The position numbers and the translations under genes are program-made. From Trichoplax adhaerens (taxonomy: Eukaryota; Animalia; Placozoa), in assembly GCF_000150275.1 (NCBI RefSeq), contig NW_002060946.1:308269-372268 (forward strand): a stretch of 64,000 bases of DNA, read 5' to 3'. The notes below the pieces were generated by a model. That model was not told where the DNA came from and made no database searches. It was given only the letters and a program-made list of their open reading frames with translations. This document shows positions 11,722 through 26,248 of this stretch, in pieces (the stretch's first letter is position 1; every line of letters begins with the position of its first letter).

Positions 11722-12508
11722 CCGTCCAGTGGTCATCCTGTACAATGTACAGTACAGTGTACTGTACACTGTACGCTAAGGGCTTGTGCTGCATAGTACT
11801 GTAGACTGGAAGCGCCTTTAGACGGACAGACATTGGGCCTGATTCGGTCAAGATATTGTGCCAAACGCTTCATTATGACAATACTTTAGTATGCAGACAG
11901 TCGATTGTGAATGGACTGATTTTTTCTAAACGCAGCAATATTCCATTGCATTCCACTACCTGTTACTAAGCTCTGCTTAGAAGCAGTCAATTTAGATCAT
12001 GAATGTTATTCAAAAGAATACGAGTGATTTAGAAAGCAGACACGGAAGATCCATACTGAGTAACTATTTTTCACATTTTCGGCCTAATCGGGTATGAAAA
12101 GTCCGTCCGTCTAGTGGTCATTCTGTATTGTACAGTGTACAGTACAGTATACTGTACACTGTACGCCAAGGGCTTGTACTGTACTGTACTGTAGACTGGA
12201 AGCGCCTTTGGGCGGACAGACGTTGGGATTGATTCTGTCAAGAAATTGTGCCAAACGCTTCATTATGAGTTTATGCCAATACTTTAGTATGCAGATAGTC
12301 GATTGTGAATGGACTGATTTTTTTCTAAACGCAGCAATATTCCATTGCATTCCATTACCTGTTACTAAGCTCTGCTTAGAAGCAGTCAATTTAGATCATG
12401 AATGTTGTTCAAATGAATACGAGTGATTTAGAAAGCAGACACGGAAGATCCATACTGAGTAACTATTTTTCCGCATTTTCGGCCTTATCGGGACGGAAAA
12501 GTCCGTCC
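11722..12508. repeat. ~390 bp two-copy tandem repeat between the divergent PRPF3 and thioredoxin-domain genes
   Basis: Copy 1 ~11722-12106 and copy 2 ~12107-12508 are near-identical with small indels; each begins with an ACAGT-rich tract. Confidence 0.9.
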
Positions 12509-13064
12509 ATCCGAGGAGAGTTTCTAGTCCAGATTATTTTTTTGCTAGTAGTCCATGTACTCACATTGGACTATATTAGTCTTGCAAGTACACAGTGCAC
12601 CGTATCACTTTTTTAGTACATGTACTGCAGTCCATTTAGGGTACAGTCGACAATCGACATTATTCTGTACTACTGTACAGTATATCGATGGAGTGCAGTT
12701 CATTAACATGATCAGTAAAATAGCAAAATAGTCCATTATTCCATTTTTACCACTGCAAGGTCGTTTCCAGGCGTTCGCTACCAGTGTTATTATGACTTGG
12801 TACCAACCGTTTGAGACGTATTTCAGCATTGTGAAATATCAAGTTAGAATCTGCAAAGGTCTACAATACTTACTAGCGTACTTACAGTACCGTACTGTCC
12901 AGTATTGTACTGTAAATGGAAAGGCGCAACAGACGGACGGAATCGTACGGTAGTGAGCGGCTGACTGCAAACAGTCGCAACTCTTCACCAAGCTTTCCCT
13001 TGTCGCCATTGGTAGCTTTGGAAACACGAGTAGAAAACGCCAAACGCCACTTTAATTGACAAGA

Positions 13065-16000
13065 ATGGCAATGGTGCGCTCATGGCTGTTATTGGCAGCA
13101 TTGATTCAAATCGTTTTTGCATCCAAAGCTATCGTCGAATTGGACGATGATAATTACCATAATTTCGTGATTGGCAATAAGCTTGCTTTAGTGTATTTAT
13201 GTAAGTTGTAACCATATTTAATCGACCTCTAGGATAGTTGGCCTTGGCCAATGCAATACTTTTAGCTTGTACAATGTATTCTTTATCGCTTTCGACATGG
13301 ATTTCATTCTTGCCAAATTCACGATAGACCGAGTATGGATGGTATATTAGAGTAGTGTACCATTTTCATCATACAGTTGAATGACAACGTCGATCTGATC
13401 ATCATTTTATCGTTTTGTTATATGCAAGTTATGCCATTGGCATGATTCAATCAACAATGGCCTTTGCCCTTTTTCGTAGTATGACTTATTGCTTGTAGAA
13501 TGAATCTATTCTTCAGTGCTATTACGATGGATTACATCGTGATCGGATAGACTGCATAGGAGTATCGATGGTTACACTGTAGTAATAGGACATTTCTTTC
13601 ATCCATAGTCTTATAGCAACATCGATCATGGCATGATAATACTGGAGATAGGACGATGACTGCAATTCAATCCTATTTATCTTCATAAACATGCTAGAGC
13701 TTGCTGTACGACCCCATACCCTATTTCTGCCTACCTGCAAAATGTCTAGAAATAGCTTGAAAATAATTCTATACAACTAGTCCAGCTGTACATTCTATTT
13801 CTTGACTCCCAACCAAAGTACATAATCAATTGGATATCGTTACAGTATTGTAATTCCAACCATATTCATATCATTATTTTAGTAGTTTTTTTTTTATTGA
13901 TGTACTATAATTCACTTTTAAAACCGGCGAATGGAAAGTACCAAGAAACGATTGTATCAGCAGTATACATAAATTAACATACTATGATGCCAACATTATC
14001 ATCATCCGAATAAAAGAATCGGTTACTTTACGTTATGAACTATTGTCGATACCATCGTCAATGGAGATTTTACATTTACTTTACTGTACACAATCACAAT
14101 TCAACATAGATTGGAATATTCAATGAAAGAGAATGTAGCTTAGATATCCCTTTTATCATCATCATGATTTTAAGACCGTAATGAAATTCTTTAAACTCCC
14201 CAAAAATATTCAATTTTATTTTATTATAGTGAATAAAATGGAACCCAGATGGCCATGTATTAATTAATTATGTATATTTTCAATGATTTGATCGCTAAAT
14301 CATGCATACTACACTATACAATCTCAATCTTCACTTTGACAAAAATCAATACCATGACAAACATGAGATAGGATATTAAAGGATAATACTCGTACAATAT
14401 CATCAACTATCCTACTCGTACTGTACATTCTTGGCTTTAATTTCTTACTTTTTATTATTTCTTAAAAATCAATGACGGTCTATAGATTTAATCGTACGTA
14501 TAATAATTTTTTACATCATAAGCTATTATTCTAAGCACAAAATTACCTGAATAGTTAATTGATACCGTTAATATTAGATTCTCAATCATACTGTACATTA
14601 CCGACTATCTGTTGTTAAGGGGCTAACCAACGTCAAATTTGGTGTAATTACATTTCTAACTCAACTAGCACAGCCCAAATTTGACTACAGAATTAATCAA
14701 AGTTAGCTATCGCAAACAGTGATCCGAAAATGTCAACAGCGATAAAGACAAGGTTGTTCTCACAGTATTATGCATACTATAATAATGATTATTACTTCCC
14801 CATTATACGTGCAAAGTCGTTGAATTTTCCCTAATGAAGAATCGCGATTTATTGATATTTACTGTACAAGTGTACATCAAACTAACATTTTGACTTAGAA
14901 ATGCTCTTTAACATGCAATCATCAGCAAGGTAGTTTTAAAACGCTTTGTTTACCTAAACAGTTGATGAAATCGTCACATATTGTAAGTTTACTTTCACTT
15001 TATTTTGTTCATATCTATAAAAAAAATGGCTTGATATGCTACGATACCGTCATCGACCGATCTCCATTTCAACATGTTTATAGCTTATAAATTGGATTGC
15101 AATATTACAATATCTATTTTGCAAGCTCTATAGTCAACCACTATACGTATTTATTCATTATTAGCATTTTAATTCTACTCTTAAGTAATGGATAGAACAA
15201 CGCACCAGTTCCCATCATTATAGGTTACATAATTTATTACAATAGGCATTTTCTCATGGCTTATGAAATTGATACTATTATTCTGAATTTACCGTATATC
15301 TTTATCTTCGTAAAATATCGAAGCTATCAGAATGGTAGTAATTTGTTCAGTTTTTGTAAACTAACTACGATGGTGATGAAGGCCTTAAAGATAAAGATCC
15401 TCTATTATATACGTTGCAGTTATCGATGCCCGGCTCCATTTTACAAGAACTGCAATGTATGAATTCGATCATTGCCTCATACAGTATTATTTAAACTGTG
15501 ACAAGTGCACAGTAGTGATGAAATGGATGGTAAAGCTGGAGAAAATTTTCAGTTGATTTTTTATCTTTTCAGCAATTAAGTTAGTACCTTAATTTTTTAT
15601 CCAAGTGCTGGATTCGGTAATGATGCTAAAACGCGAATCCTTTTTGCTGCAGCTATTCCATTACCTACTTCATTCCTTACGTTATCGCTATAATGTTTAT
15701 ATTAGACAAACGTATGTCAGGATATGTCCATTACAACACAAAATATATCAGTTTAAGGCACCTTTTTGTAATCTCCAATCTCAATAGTATTAATTATCAT
15801 GCGATATGTACTCGCTGTCAGGATATTCAACCTAAGAATTAGCAAAGATTACTGACCAGTAGCCCTGCTCAGATAATTAATTCTAATCTGATGCTAAATA
15901 CGTAGAATTGTATACCACCTTATTGTTATGTAAACAAAAAAATCAACGCATTGATAAAAGTAATATGGACTTGTAACTTTTCACTATCCGCAGCCTTATT

Positions 16001-18074
16001 CTCGTCTAAATTAACAGTATAATCATTAATGATAGATGATACATGCTGTATACGCATCATCTGAAAATATGTTGTATCACTGTTTTTATCTTTGTTATAA
16101 AAAGGATAATGAAGACGCTGCTGCCTACAAAGTACCTTGTATGTCCGCACTATGTTTAGAAATATTTTTAACTTTCATTTATTCATACCCTATACATAGT
16201 TGACTGGGAATGCAGAAACTGCCAAGAGTTTAATCCATTGTATAATGAATTAGCCAAGGAGCTAAGTAGCACCGATAGCCAAGTAAAATTGGGAAAATTG
16301 GATGCGACTAAATATCGCCATTTGGCTGAGAAACATAACGTGGGAAGATTGCCAGCATTACTGTACTTTCGTAAGAGAGTACCACTATTATATACAGGTT
16401 AATTAGTTAAACAAATCAGTCAATGTTCTGCATTTGCTAAGCGGTAGATATTCTCAGTTGTAGGTTGATAGCAATAGAGCAGCAAAATCATGATCTTTGT
16501 ATCCGTATTACATTATGATTTTTACTAAACAATAACATACTTTAATAGGTAATTTAGCCGTAGATTCTATATCGATTTGGCTTGACGAAAATCGCAAAAG
16601 CTTCGTTCGTAGGCTTGATGAAGACAATTTCGAACACCTGACTCAGGCATCAACAGGGGCTACCACAGGAGACTGGTTAATACAATTGTAAGTGGACGCA
16701 TTCTCTGATAAAACGTTAACTCAATTTTAATAGGCAATATAATATTAACGTCATAAATTCACTGCGTATAGACTTTCAATGAATTAATAAAAGCAATTGC
16801 AATGATAAAGTTTAAAATTAATTTTGAAGTTACATTGAATTAGAATTTGATAAATTGATTTAGATATCAATTTTGCTGATAAAAATTCTTGGTTTTTAGT
16901 TAAACAGTAGAGTAAAATAAAATGAATTTGTTTAGCATGCGGTATAAAATTATAGCATAATAGTTGAAGATAGTTAACAAATGCTGAGATTAGGCTATAA
17001 AGTAGCTCACTACTTCTTTGCTATGACTAGTGACTACGTCATATTGAAGGCAAAAGGCTTGTCTTTAGTGTTGTACTAGAGTGAAAACAAATCTGTAGTG
17101 AATGCAACGTAAAATTTTATTATAACAGCTGCAAACACAGTTAGTAAATACTGCAACTTAATTCACCAGTAGCTCACTATTTCTTTACTACTATAGTTTT
17201 GTCGTAAAAGGTTATTCCCACAGCGGCTAGATTATACGTTGTACTGTATGTTTGACTGTCATTGCTATTAGGCACCGCTAGTAGCTATATATCAGCGAAT
17301 TAGTGTTGATTTAAAATTTGTTTTGAAAAAGTGCTGGCGATGGATAATGCGTAATACTATAGGATACAAACCTTTCGTTAACTTTTCTGATAATTATCCG
17401 TTTGCTTATTGATCACGTCTTATATTTTAAAACATGACAGCTAAGCCTTTCACATTATCTATTAATAGTGAGCTAGTAACTAATTCAGGTAGTAATGATC
17501 AATTGTTTATATCTTAGCGCCAGTCCTGGATGTGAAGCATGTAAGCTTGTTCGTGCTAATTGGGAAGCGGTTGCTAGTCATTTACGGCGAAAGATGAATA
17601 TAGCAACGGTGGATCTATCGGTTAATCAAGGTATTTTATTCATCGAGAAAAATGTTTGCTTGCGTCAAATGATTTATTATGATTTCACCATTTTCGATAG
17701 GTCTAGCTAGACGTTTTAAAATTCATCAAACTCCAACCGTTATACTATTCCGTCATGGTAGTCGATATACTTACAAGACTCATAATAACGATTATACATT
17801 TTACCCAATAGTAGCTTTCGCTACTGAAGATTACAGAAAGGTCAAAGCTGTCACTGTTGAGGGCAAGAAAGGATTCTTTTCTGAACTATGGGGGTCACTC
17901 TCTTTTAATTTTAACATTTTTACGGTATTATACATCTGTTTCGCATTGATTGCAATAGTAATAGTAGTAGCATGTGTATGTGCGTGCAAATTAGCAGCAG
18001 AAGACAATATCGATGAAGCCAATGACGAAGAAAGTGAAGATGAATCAGATACTGAAGATAAGAAAGAAAAGTAA
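13065..18074 (+). CDS. ER membrane protein with two thioredoxin domains (TMX/PDI-like), 5 exons
   Basis: Signal peptide MAMVRSWLLLAALIQIVFA; Trx1 with CRNC; linker NFEHLTQASTGATTGDWL; Trx2 with CEAC; TM helix; acidic tail ending KKEK (di-lysine ER retrieval). Exons 13065-13200, 16200-16397, 16549-16687, 17518-17630, 17701-18074. Confidence 0.88.
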
Positions 18075-18888
18075 AACGATATTAAGTTTATCCCAAATTT
18101 TTATTGACAGTTCCTAAATGTTTTATGTACGACCGGCTATACCCAGTCAGCAAACGGAACCTTACTTAACTGTATAGCACGATACCTATCAATCCAGCCA
18201 CCTATCACATTTTCTTTCCATTTCAATTAAAGTTTCACAATTAATATTATATAATTAATCGACGAAATACCTACTATAAGATCGGACGTCACATCATCGT
18301 GTCAACAATGTCACATTATAGGATGTAGGTTCAGATCTCTTTCCGTTCAGTTATTATTATAAACTGTTATTTATTCGTACTTTGTATGATTGTGCGTTGA
18401 AATCACGTCCACCAATAAAAGACTTATTTACCTCACGAGTATTAATAAGGTTTTAATAAAATTTATGATGAGATTGATTGTAGCAAGTAAACAATTATTA
18501 GAATCGACTAGCATCATCAAACTTTAACTGAAGTACTAATTAATTAATAAAATGAAAGAATATCTTAGAAGGAATGCTCTACAGTAGTGCAAATCTGCAC
18601 AATTACAAAAACATTTTTAAGAGAAACAGTTTTCATAAAGCTCGAGTAATAAGGCTTATATTATAAATCAGATATTGTTACAGTGATAGTATAGTAGTAG
18701 GTAGTCACTAATACCAATAATAAAAAGCTACGATCGGATATTATAGTTATCGTTATAGGAATAACAATTGACTGTGAGCGCATTGACTTTCATCAAATAA
18801 TCGCACAGCGTACAGACCAGTGCAGGTCATGACACAAGTTTGATAGGTTGCAAAAAAGGTTAAGAACGCAAGCAACGCCAACAGTGCA

Positions 18889-20462
18889 TTACTTAGAGCC
18901 AGTAGAACCAAAACCACCAGCACCTCGATCTGTTTCGTCTAGATCCTAACCCAAGTAAGATAGTTGAAGATAACAATTCAAAATTAATTATCATGGAGTA
19001 CAACTGATCACCATTCCGATCACACCTTCAATATATCATAACAATGAATAACTGCTCATTTAAACATTATTACCACATTGTACACCACTATCACGACCGT
19101 TGTCTATTTGATATTAAGAAAAATAAGACTACAGCATTGTATTATCATCAATATCATATAAATACACTAGCCAATGCCAATCCCAGGACTGACCAATATC
19201 GGGTATTGATCAAAGCTCTTATACATTTCATTGCGTACCTCACACTCTTCCAGAGGGGCAATAAGTATTCTTTCTAATATTAATTGAGCGATTCGTTCAC
19301 CCTTGCTCACTAAACCAAAAACAATCATGAAATATGCAACTACATTAGTGAAAGGTTACAATAACATCCCATATACCCGCAGCTAAAGCGATAAGAAAAC
19401 AAACCTGAAAACTCTTCTTTTCCATGATTAAATAACACAACTCCGACATTGCCCCTATAATCCTGGTCAATTACACCAGCTAAAAGAAAATTATCTTCTA
19501 TTAGTCCACTAATACAGACAAATGTTGCAGGCAATCGCAGGTTGTAATCACAATGTTAAAAGTCGGTCGTCATTTATTAATCTGTCCTGCAGTATACTGT
19601 ACATCGTACAGTTACTTGGCAGGGTTACCGACATAACATGGAAATAACGTAGTCTACTTGACTCAATCCAAGCTGTATTCTTACCGCCAACATCAATATG
19701 CTTCTTGACGGCGAGTCCGGAACGTGGTGCTAAACAATCAACCGATTAGAATGAATAACAGCTCCATTATTAAGGATTACTACTTAAGCATAACTACTAC
19801 AACAATACTCAATCCTAGAGGTACTGTATTTCCATTTACAAAGGTGAAATCATCATTATTAACCCGATAGCGTCTTCGAACATAAGTAGTCAAATGTTAG
19901 CAATATTCCTAAGCTGTCATCTAGCTCGTAGTTTGATTGCTAGCGATTCAACTAGCCAACATGCGTACATACCTACTCTTCCATAACAGCCAGCAGGTAC
20001 AGCAATTGCGATATCGGTCTTAATGACAGCCTTCCCATGAGGTGGAATTACGCTTTGCTCTGCACTGATGACGGAAAAAAAGGACAAATATGACTACATC
20101 CCCTATCTAATCTTGTTGCAAATGCTTCTGTGTTATATACTTGTAGCAACAACACTAGAATAACATTGTCAATGAAGTGAATATTTGATACATGAAGTTC
20201 GACTAAAATAGCAAGTGAAGTGGATTTCATCGACGATCTTTTCAATCCTTGTACGTTCTATCAATGATCATTTTGAACACCAGCTCAATCAAATGCAACT
20301 ACATCAGATCAAATGTCTTGCAGCGAACCTGTAAAGATCATAACCCGCCGCTTGAGCGGAGCCACGCTTCGGTGCAGTAGCATTCTCCGATAACTTTTTA
20401 AACCTTAAGGTAATTTCAGGCTGACTGGTTCCGTTCGAGTGGTTATCTAATTTTTCAGACAT
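18889..20462 (-). CDS. DUT: dUTP pyrophosphatase, 6 exons
   Basis: All five trimeric dUTPase motifs are present: [39 protein letters not shown]. An alternative in-frame ATG lies at 20498. Confidence 0.96.
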
Positions 20463-22267
20463 GATTAATTTTTTTTGATCTCTTTCTACAACATACATGA
20501 TTAAGTACGGTATAGCACAACCGAAGATGACAAAATCACTTTACTATCCGACTGATCTAACGTAAGTTAAAGCTTTGATGGACAACTTTTATTAATTAAG
20601 GCAACACGATGATCGTCGATTGGACAAGATTGGGGACCTTGATTGTTATTGCAGCTTGGCGCCAAATGCGAGCATATGCATAAATTATAATTTATATTTG
20701 CATATGCACTGTACTCATGATGCTGGGGCCTCCTTTTCAATCCTATTGGACAATAATGATTTGCAGTACTGTACAGTATGAGACGGTGTACTATTTCAGT
20801 CTTTCGGCGGAGTAAAATGACCAATTCAAGTAACCGGCCTGCAAAATTGGACCGCTCGTTTTCTATGCTTCCCTCTTCTTTCATCGGCTTGTACAGTAGT
20901 CGTCGTCCCCTACTTCGGTCTTTGGATCTCTGCCGATGTGGCGATGTACACAAGAAATCGCCGTCATTTCAATGACTGTAATGACTGTACTATGATTTTG
21001 ATATCATTGCAAAGTGTAAAGGAAGCAATAATAAAAGACGAGCATCATTGCAAAATAAAGCTTTTGATATATTGGAGAGGCTTATTGCCCTTATTACTAC
21101 TGTATTTTTACTTTAGTTTTACAACAGATGACTTAACGACTTTGTATTCAGTCTAAAGAATCCCAAAGTTTTTCACTGCAATACACTCTGCTCAGTAGCA
21201 ATGAGGTGTCCATCTGTATACAGTAAAGTACAGTATCGGCGACCATCTACTCCTCTAATGCGCTTGACTTCAATACGATCGGAGAAGCAATTTAAAAGGT
21301 TAATTATACAGTATGCACAACTAGGTGTGCGGGTTTGGCAAAGTTTAAAATCAATCGTAAATACTGTACTGTCATCTTGGAGTTGTTAGCAATCTATAGA
21401 GCAGTCCTAAAAGCTAGTTCCATTACATATAAAGAGGACGGCACGGCACCTATAGCTGCAGATTTGGCCAGCACGCTGTGCATTACTGTACTTACATGCC
21501 ATCTGAAGGATCGTAAAATAGCGTGGTGCAGCAGGTAAAGGTCGATTTCTGAAGAATGTCTTCATAAGTTGGTACCAAATTATCATTTCTCACTGGCAGC
21601 AAGCTACAGTATGTAGAGTACTTGGCAGGAATAGCTGGAACTTGTTGAAAAGCACAATATCAACGAGCAATATTACTACGGATTAGAATTGATATAACAT
21701 TGCGTCCATTGGACCTCAAAATGTACTTGTGCTCTATTCACCATACTGTAGAATTATGTACACCAGTAGATCTGTTCATTCACTCACTGAACTATAGCTG
21801 ACTTCGGCATTAGCAATTTCCTGTACCTCGGTCTGCTTCTCAATCAGATGCAGCGTTTCTGTCTAGCGAGTTAATTTTGATTCGATTGGATCTCGCCATC
21901 CCGCATCTACCCTACTCATCTATTCCCCCTACAATTTGGGCAGAAATAAATAAATAAAAAAAATAAAATAGAAAATTAAAATTACTGGCTGAATTGATCT
22001 AATGATTTACAGTAGACTACAGTATGCAGTGTATGGTACTGTAGCATGAAGTACTGTACACTCTGGCTGGAAAGTAGTTGGAGTCGTGACTGTAGAGTAG
22101 CGCATCCATTATCATACTTTGTATGCATAATATTGCAATGAATCATACAGTATATAGTCAGCTTGCAATCCGAGTCATTGTATTACTGTATACTACTCAT
22201 GGGTCGGCGAGCTCGATTGCGCACACTCTTCAAAGCTGTAAAGCAACCATCATCGATCTAATCCGCC

Positions 22268-23842
22268 ATGACAGTGAGTCTGCTAGCTGAATTGGAAATA
22301 ATATTAAGCAAAAAGAATGGACTATTACACTTAGTTCCATCGTTAGACGTGTATGTTAATGTTTAGTGTGATATTTCCATGATTTTTTACCCTTGCAATT
22401 TTAGGGACCTCCGGAGAAAAAGAAAAGAGAGAGTATCGTTGATCTGCAAAAGCATATCGATAAGAAAGTTCGCGTTAAATTTCAAGGTGGCCGAGAAGGT
22501 GATTCTGCAAGTAGATGATGCTATTCCTTGATATCAGTAGACTTTGCAAAGTAGTTTATATACAATAATGGAATACTGCTAATGGTAAAAGCAGTTTACT
22601 ATGGTTAGATTGTGTCAATTTTATAAACAGTATCATAAGTGTACTTCGAAACGTCAGCATCATGTCAAGTTAGTTACTGCAAATTGAATTTGTTGAGCTT
22701 ATATACGTAAAGAGAGAGAGAGAGAGATGTACTTAAACAGTAGATATTTCTTTGCTTAGAATGGACCAAAGCAAAGTAGAGGATTATTATAACATAGATG
22801 AGAATTGAAATCCACTCAAATCTCACTTTTTTTCCATCATTTTACTCGACTTACTCATCATGAAAGTGATTTGCATTTGATTCCATAATTAATTCCTAAA
22901 TGGACATCCAGTTTTATGAACGTAAAATTAGATGCTTATAAAAGCTGCACGCCAGTACAACGACATCTTTACTAATGGTTAATAGAGCTTGGCCGCAATA
23001 ATACCGTTGTCATAACGAGATCATGCGAGCGCCTCAATTCCATTGTATGGTCTAGAGTTTAGAGGAGTTTCATATTTGTCTTGCACATTATAGGACTGTA
23101 GGTAATGTACTAATGTCAACGTATTACAATACAACGCAATGGTAAAATAAGACAACGAAGGAAAGCTAGTCTTAATTTACAAACTGAAGAAACGAGCATT
23201 GAAAATGGGCATTCTTCGAAATCAAATTATGTCTGTAGTTAACACTTAGTATTGTACAGTATGTTAGGGAGTACGATCTTTTGCCAAGGCGGCTGTCATG
23301 AGCTAATAGTGTTAAAGGTTGACGATTTTAAAAGTGCTAAATAGATATTGTAGACGATTAAAGTGCTTTATGAAAGATCACTAAACAATCTTCGCTTTAA
23401 TACGTACTGTACGTATTTATCCACAATTATAATTTCGTTTGAAAACAAGATTTTCAGTTACACAAAATGCTTGGATAGTAATTTTCATTTTTCATGACCA
23501 TCAGCTATAGGCATTCTGAAAGGTTATGATCCGTTATTGAACTTGGTACTTGATAATGCTGTAGAAAATTTACGTGGTAAGGAAGCTGAATGAGCTATTC
23601 TTGAATTCAATGTGACCTATTACTCTACCACTTTTCTTACTACAGCGTAGATCGCACACCAATATAATTCATAAATAAAACATCGTGGTTATTTTTCTTT
23701 TCCAGATTTCGAAGATTTATCACGAATTAGTAACGAAACAAGACAATTAGGATTAGTGGTTTGTCGAGGCACTTCTGTAGTAGTGATTAGCCCTAATGAC
23801 GGTATCGAAGAGATTGCCAATCCATTCGTCCAAGCAGAGTGA
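22268..23842 (+). CDS. LSM7: U6 snRNA-associated Sm-like protein LSm7, 4 exons
   Basis: MT|GPPEKKKRESIVDLQKHIDKKVRVKFQGGREA|IGILKGYDPLLNLVLD...|TRQLGLVVCRGTSVVVISPNDGIEEIANPFVQAE*. Exons 22268-22273, 22405-22498, 23505-23576, 23706-23842. Confidence 0.96.
22711..22726. repeat. (AG)n microsatellite in an LSM7 intron
   Basis: agagagagagagagag. Confidence 0.8.
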
Positions 23843-24129
23843 GATGGATGTCAACTGTACCTATTTTATTTAATGTCATTATTTACTTCCCTTAGGAACG
23901 AAATTTGAATTGTAATTATTAAATTCATCCTAATACCCGAGATAATACAGCGCAATTTACTAGGCTATACTCGTATGTTGATCAAACGTGGTCATTGGTG
24001 TTAGACCGTGTAGAGATAGGTAGAATTCATCATTGTCCTTCTATAACTGTACAGTGTTCACTAATTATCCGTTGAGTTTACATCTGGTACATTTTGCTGC
24101 CAGAATCGATAAAATGTTAAATACCATCG

Positions 24130-24392
24130 GATCTACCAATAAACATAACTTGTAATAAAAGATTTCAAGATTCACTTTCACCCTCGAATAGGCTTAATTT
24201 GCATGCAACTATAACTTCATATGCACGCATAATATACGTATGTATCTAAAGTTGTCGCCATCAGATCTACAAATAAACATAACATGTAATAAAAGATTTC
24301 AAGATTCACTTTCTCCCTCAAATAGGCTTAATTTGCATGCAACTCTAACTTGATATGCACGCATAATATACGTATGTATCTGAAGTTATCGC
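24130..24392. repeat. ~135 bp tandem duplication
   Basis: gatctac..aataaacataac..gtaataaaagatttcaagattcactttc...cgtatgtatct occurs twice. Confidence 0.88.
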
Positions 24393-26248
24393 TTGCAATT
24401 TACATATGGTGCTATAGTACAGAAATGCCGTTCACGTAATGAAATGTAATAGGTTCTACGCACTTTTAACCAGAAATGGTTGATGCATGCATATCGTAAA
24501 CTACTAGGTAAATGTCATCTATCTGTAGTATTTAGTTTTCGACTTTAAGTTACCTGAAACTGTTTGATCTACAGTATGCATGAAGTATGTAGACAATATA
24601 TACCAGAAGTAAAAACCAAATCTACTACTTAGTACGCGTCTAGAGTACAGATTTTCTTTTAAATGCGTGTAGAGAGCTTGCTAGCTCATAACTTTTGTTA
24701 TGGCACCAAACATGATGATACGTAACAAATCAGTAATCTAGGTACGTATTTCTATAATAAAGTGAAACAAATTCGCCCATCATACCGACGGTAGCTCTTC
24801 TTCAAAATGAGGGTGATACAGGAAATCCAATTAATAAATATTCAGTTAAAAAATGTGACGTGGCTATACCGAATTATAGAAATAAAAATCTATACCAATA
24901 AAGCAAGCCATTAAATTTGATTTACGAAAGTTTGCAATATATTGCGAGAGAAAATGTGTACAGTACAGGAATAAATTATCAAAGCTATCAAGACATCAAA
25001 AATTCAAGTTTACATTGTGTTAATGTACGTATTCCTAAGTATTTCATGCACATTTCTTAGCCCGATATAGAGCAGTATCGATAAATCAAGCTTAATACTA
25101 TTATCTTCCGGTTTTATCGTTGCAAATTCTAACACAGTGCGCATACTGCATTGTATACAAGTAATTGTACACGCGTATACGTAGTATTTTACTGGGAATT
25201 TTACTTATTTCTGTCAGTGCATACAAATGTGTAATATAGCTGTCGGCATACTCTAGTAAATCAGCATTAAGTGTACATACATCAAATTAGATAATTTATT
25301 AAACACTAAATACTAACTAAGCTACTCTAATGTAGAAAATTTAGTTACGATCAGATAGTAATTAGCTATCTTGCGCATTCATTCCAATCGATACAATCAG
25401 ACTTAGTCCTTTATTACAGTGTACGATGATGCAAAACGATACAGCTGCTGTATGCCTGTATAAGAGAGTTTTCATGAATTTTAGCCAAAAAAAATAGCCA
25501 ACACCTTGAAGTAACAGTTCAAGGCTTTTGTTCATATAATATGTACTGTAACAAGTAAATTCTGAACAAATTTTAAGATATAGCAAAAGATAGGATTGTA
25601 AAATAAGCAGGTTATCGGTCATGAGTACTACAGTAGGTAAAGAACAATAATTATAATTTAACTATTATAAACTTTCAGAAAATATTGAAACAGAGTGACT
25701 GCATTTATTGATTAACCGGTAAGACTCTAGTGTAGCAGTTTTATGTAAAGCAGTTACATTACCAAAAGTTATAAACGATACTGATAATAGTAGTGCAGTA
25801 TATTGAATTTGTTCAAAAAGTGACTGATACGATAAGGCCTTCAAATACGGTATTCGTTCGAATATGAATTGCTAGAAGTGCTAAATGCTCACTACAATAG
25901 CTATTATCGACACATACTGTAGGCAGCTCTGCTGTCTAGTTAAACTAAACTATAACATTTCAATAAATATCCCACATCGAGAACTTTATATTATCATAGA
26001 GGTATCAACGATTATTATTGAATACTACTAAACTGTTAACAAACGGGCCATTATAGCACAGATATGGAGAATATACTGCATTATTTACGGAACATAGCTA
26101 ACTGCTTCCGTTATAATACTGATACCGTAGTCAAGAACTCATTGTTTATATTTTCACAGCAATAAGTCAAATAAACTAATATACATCAAAGTATTGATAC
26201 TGGATATTCCAGTCATATTAATAATAAGATTGGCGACTTGTAAGAAAA

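Noticed and set aside
11582-13027. Several 60-92 aa ORFs rich in Y/C/T/V/Q (also 38792-39169 and 62643-63224)
   Set aside because: Translation artefacts of ACAGT tracts and tandem repeats.
20567-20975. 128-aa ORF upstream of DUT as a mitochondrial-targeting exon or separate gene
   Set aside because: No convincing in-frame splice to DUT and no recognisable domain; likely promoter/UTR sequence.
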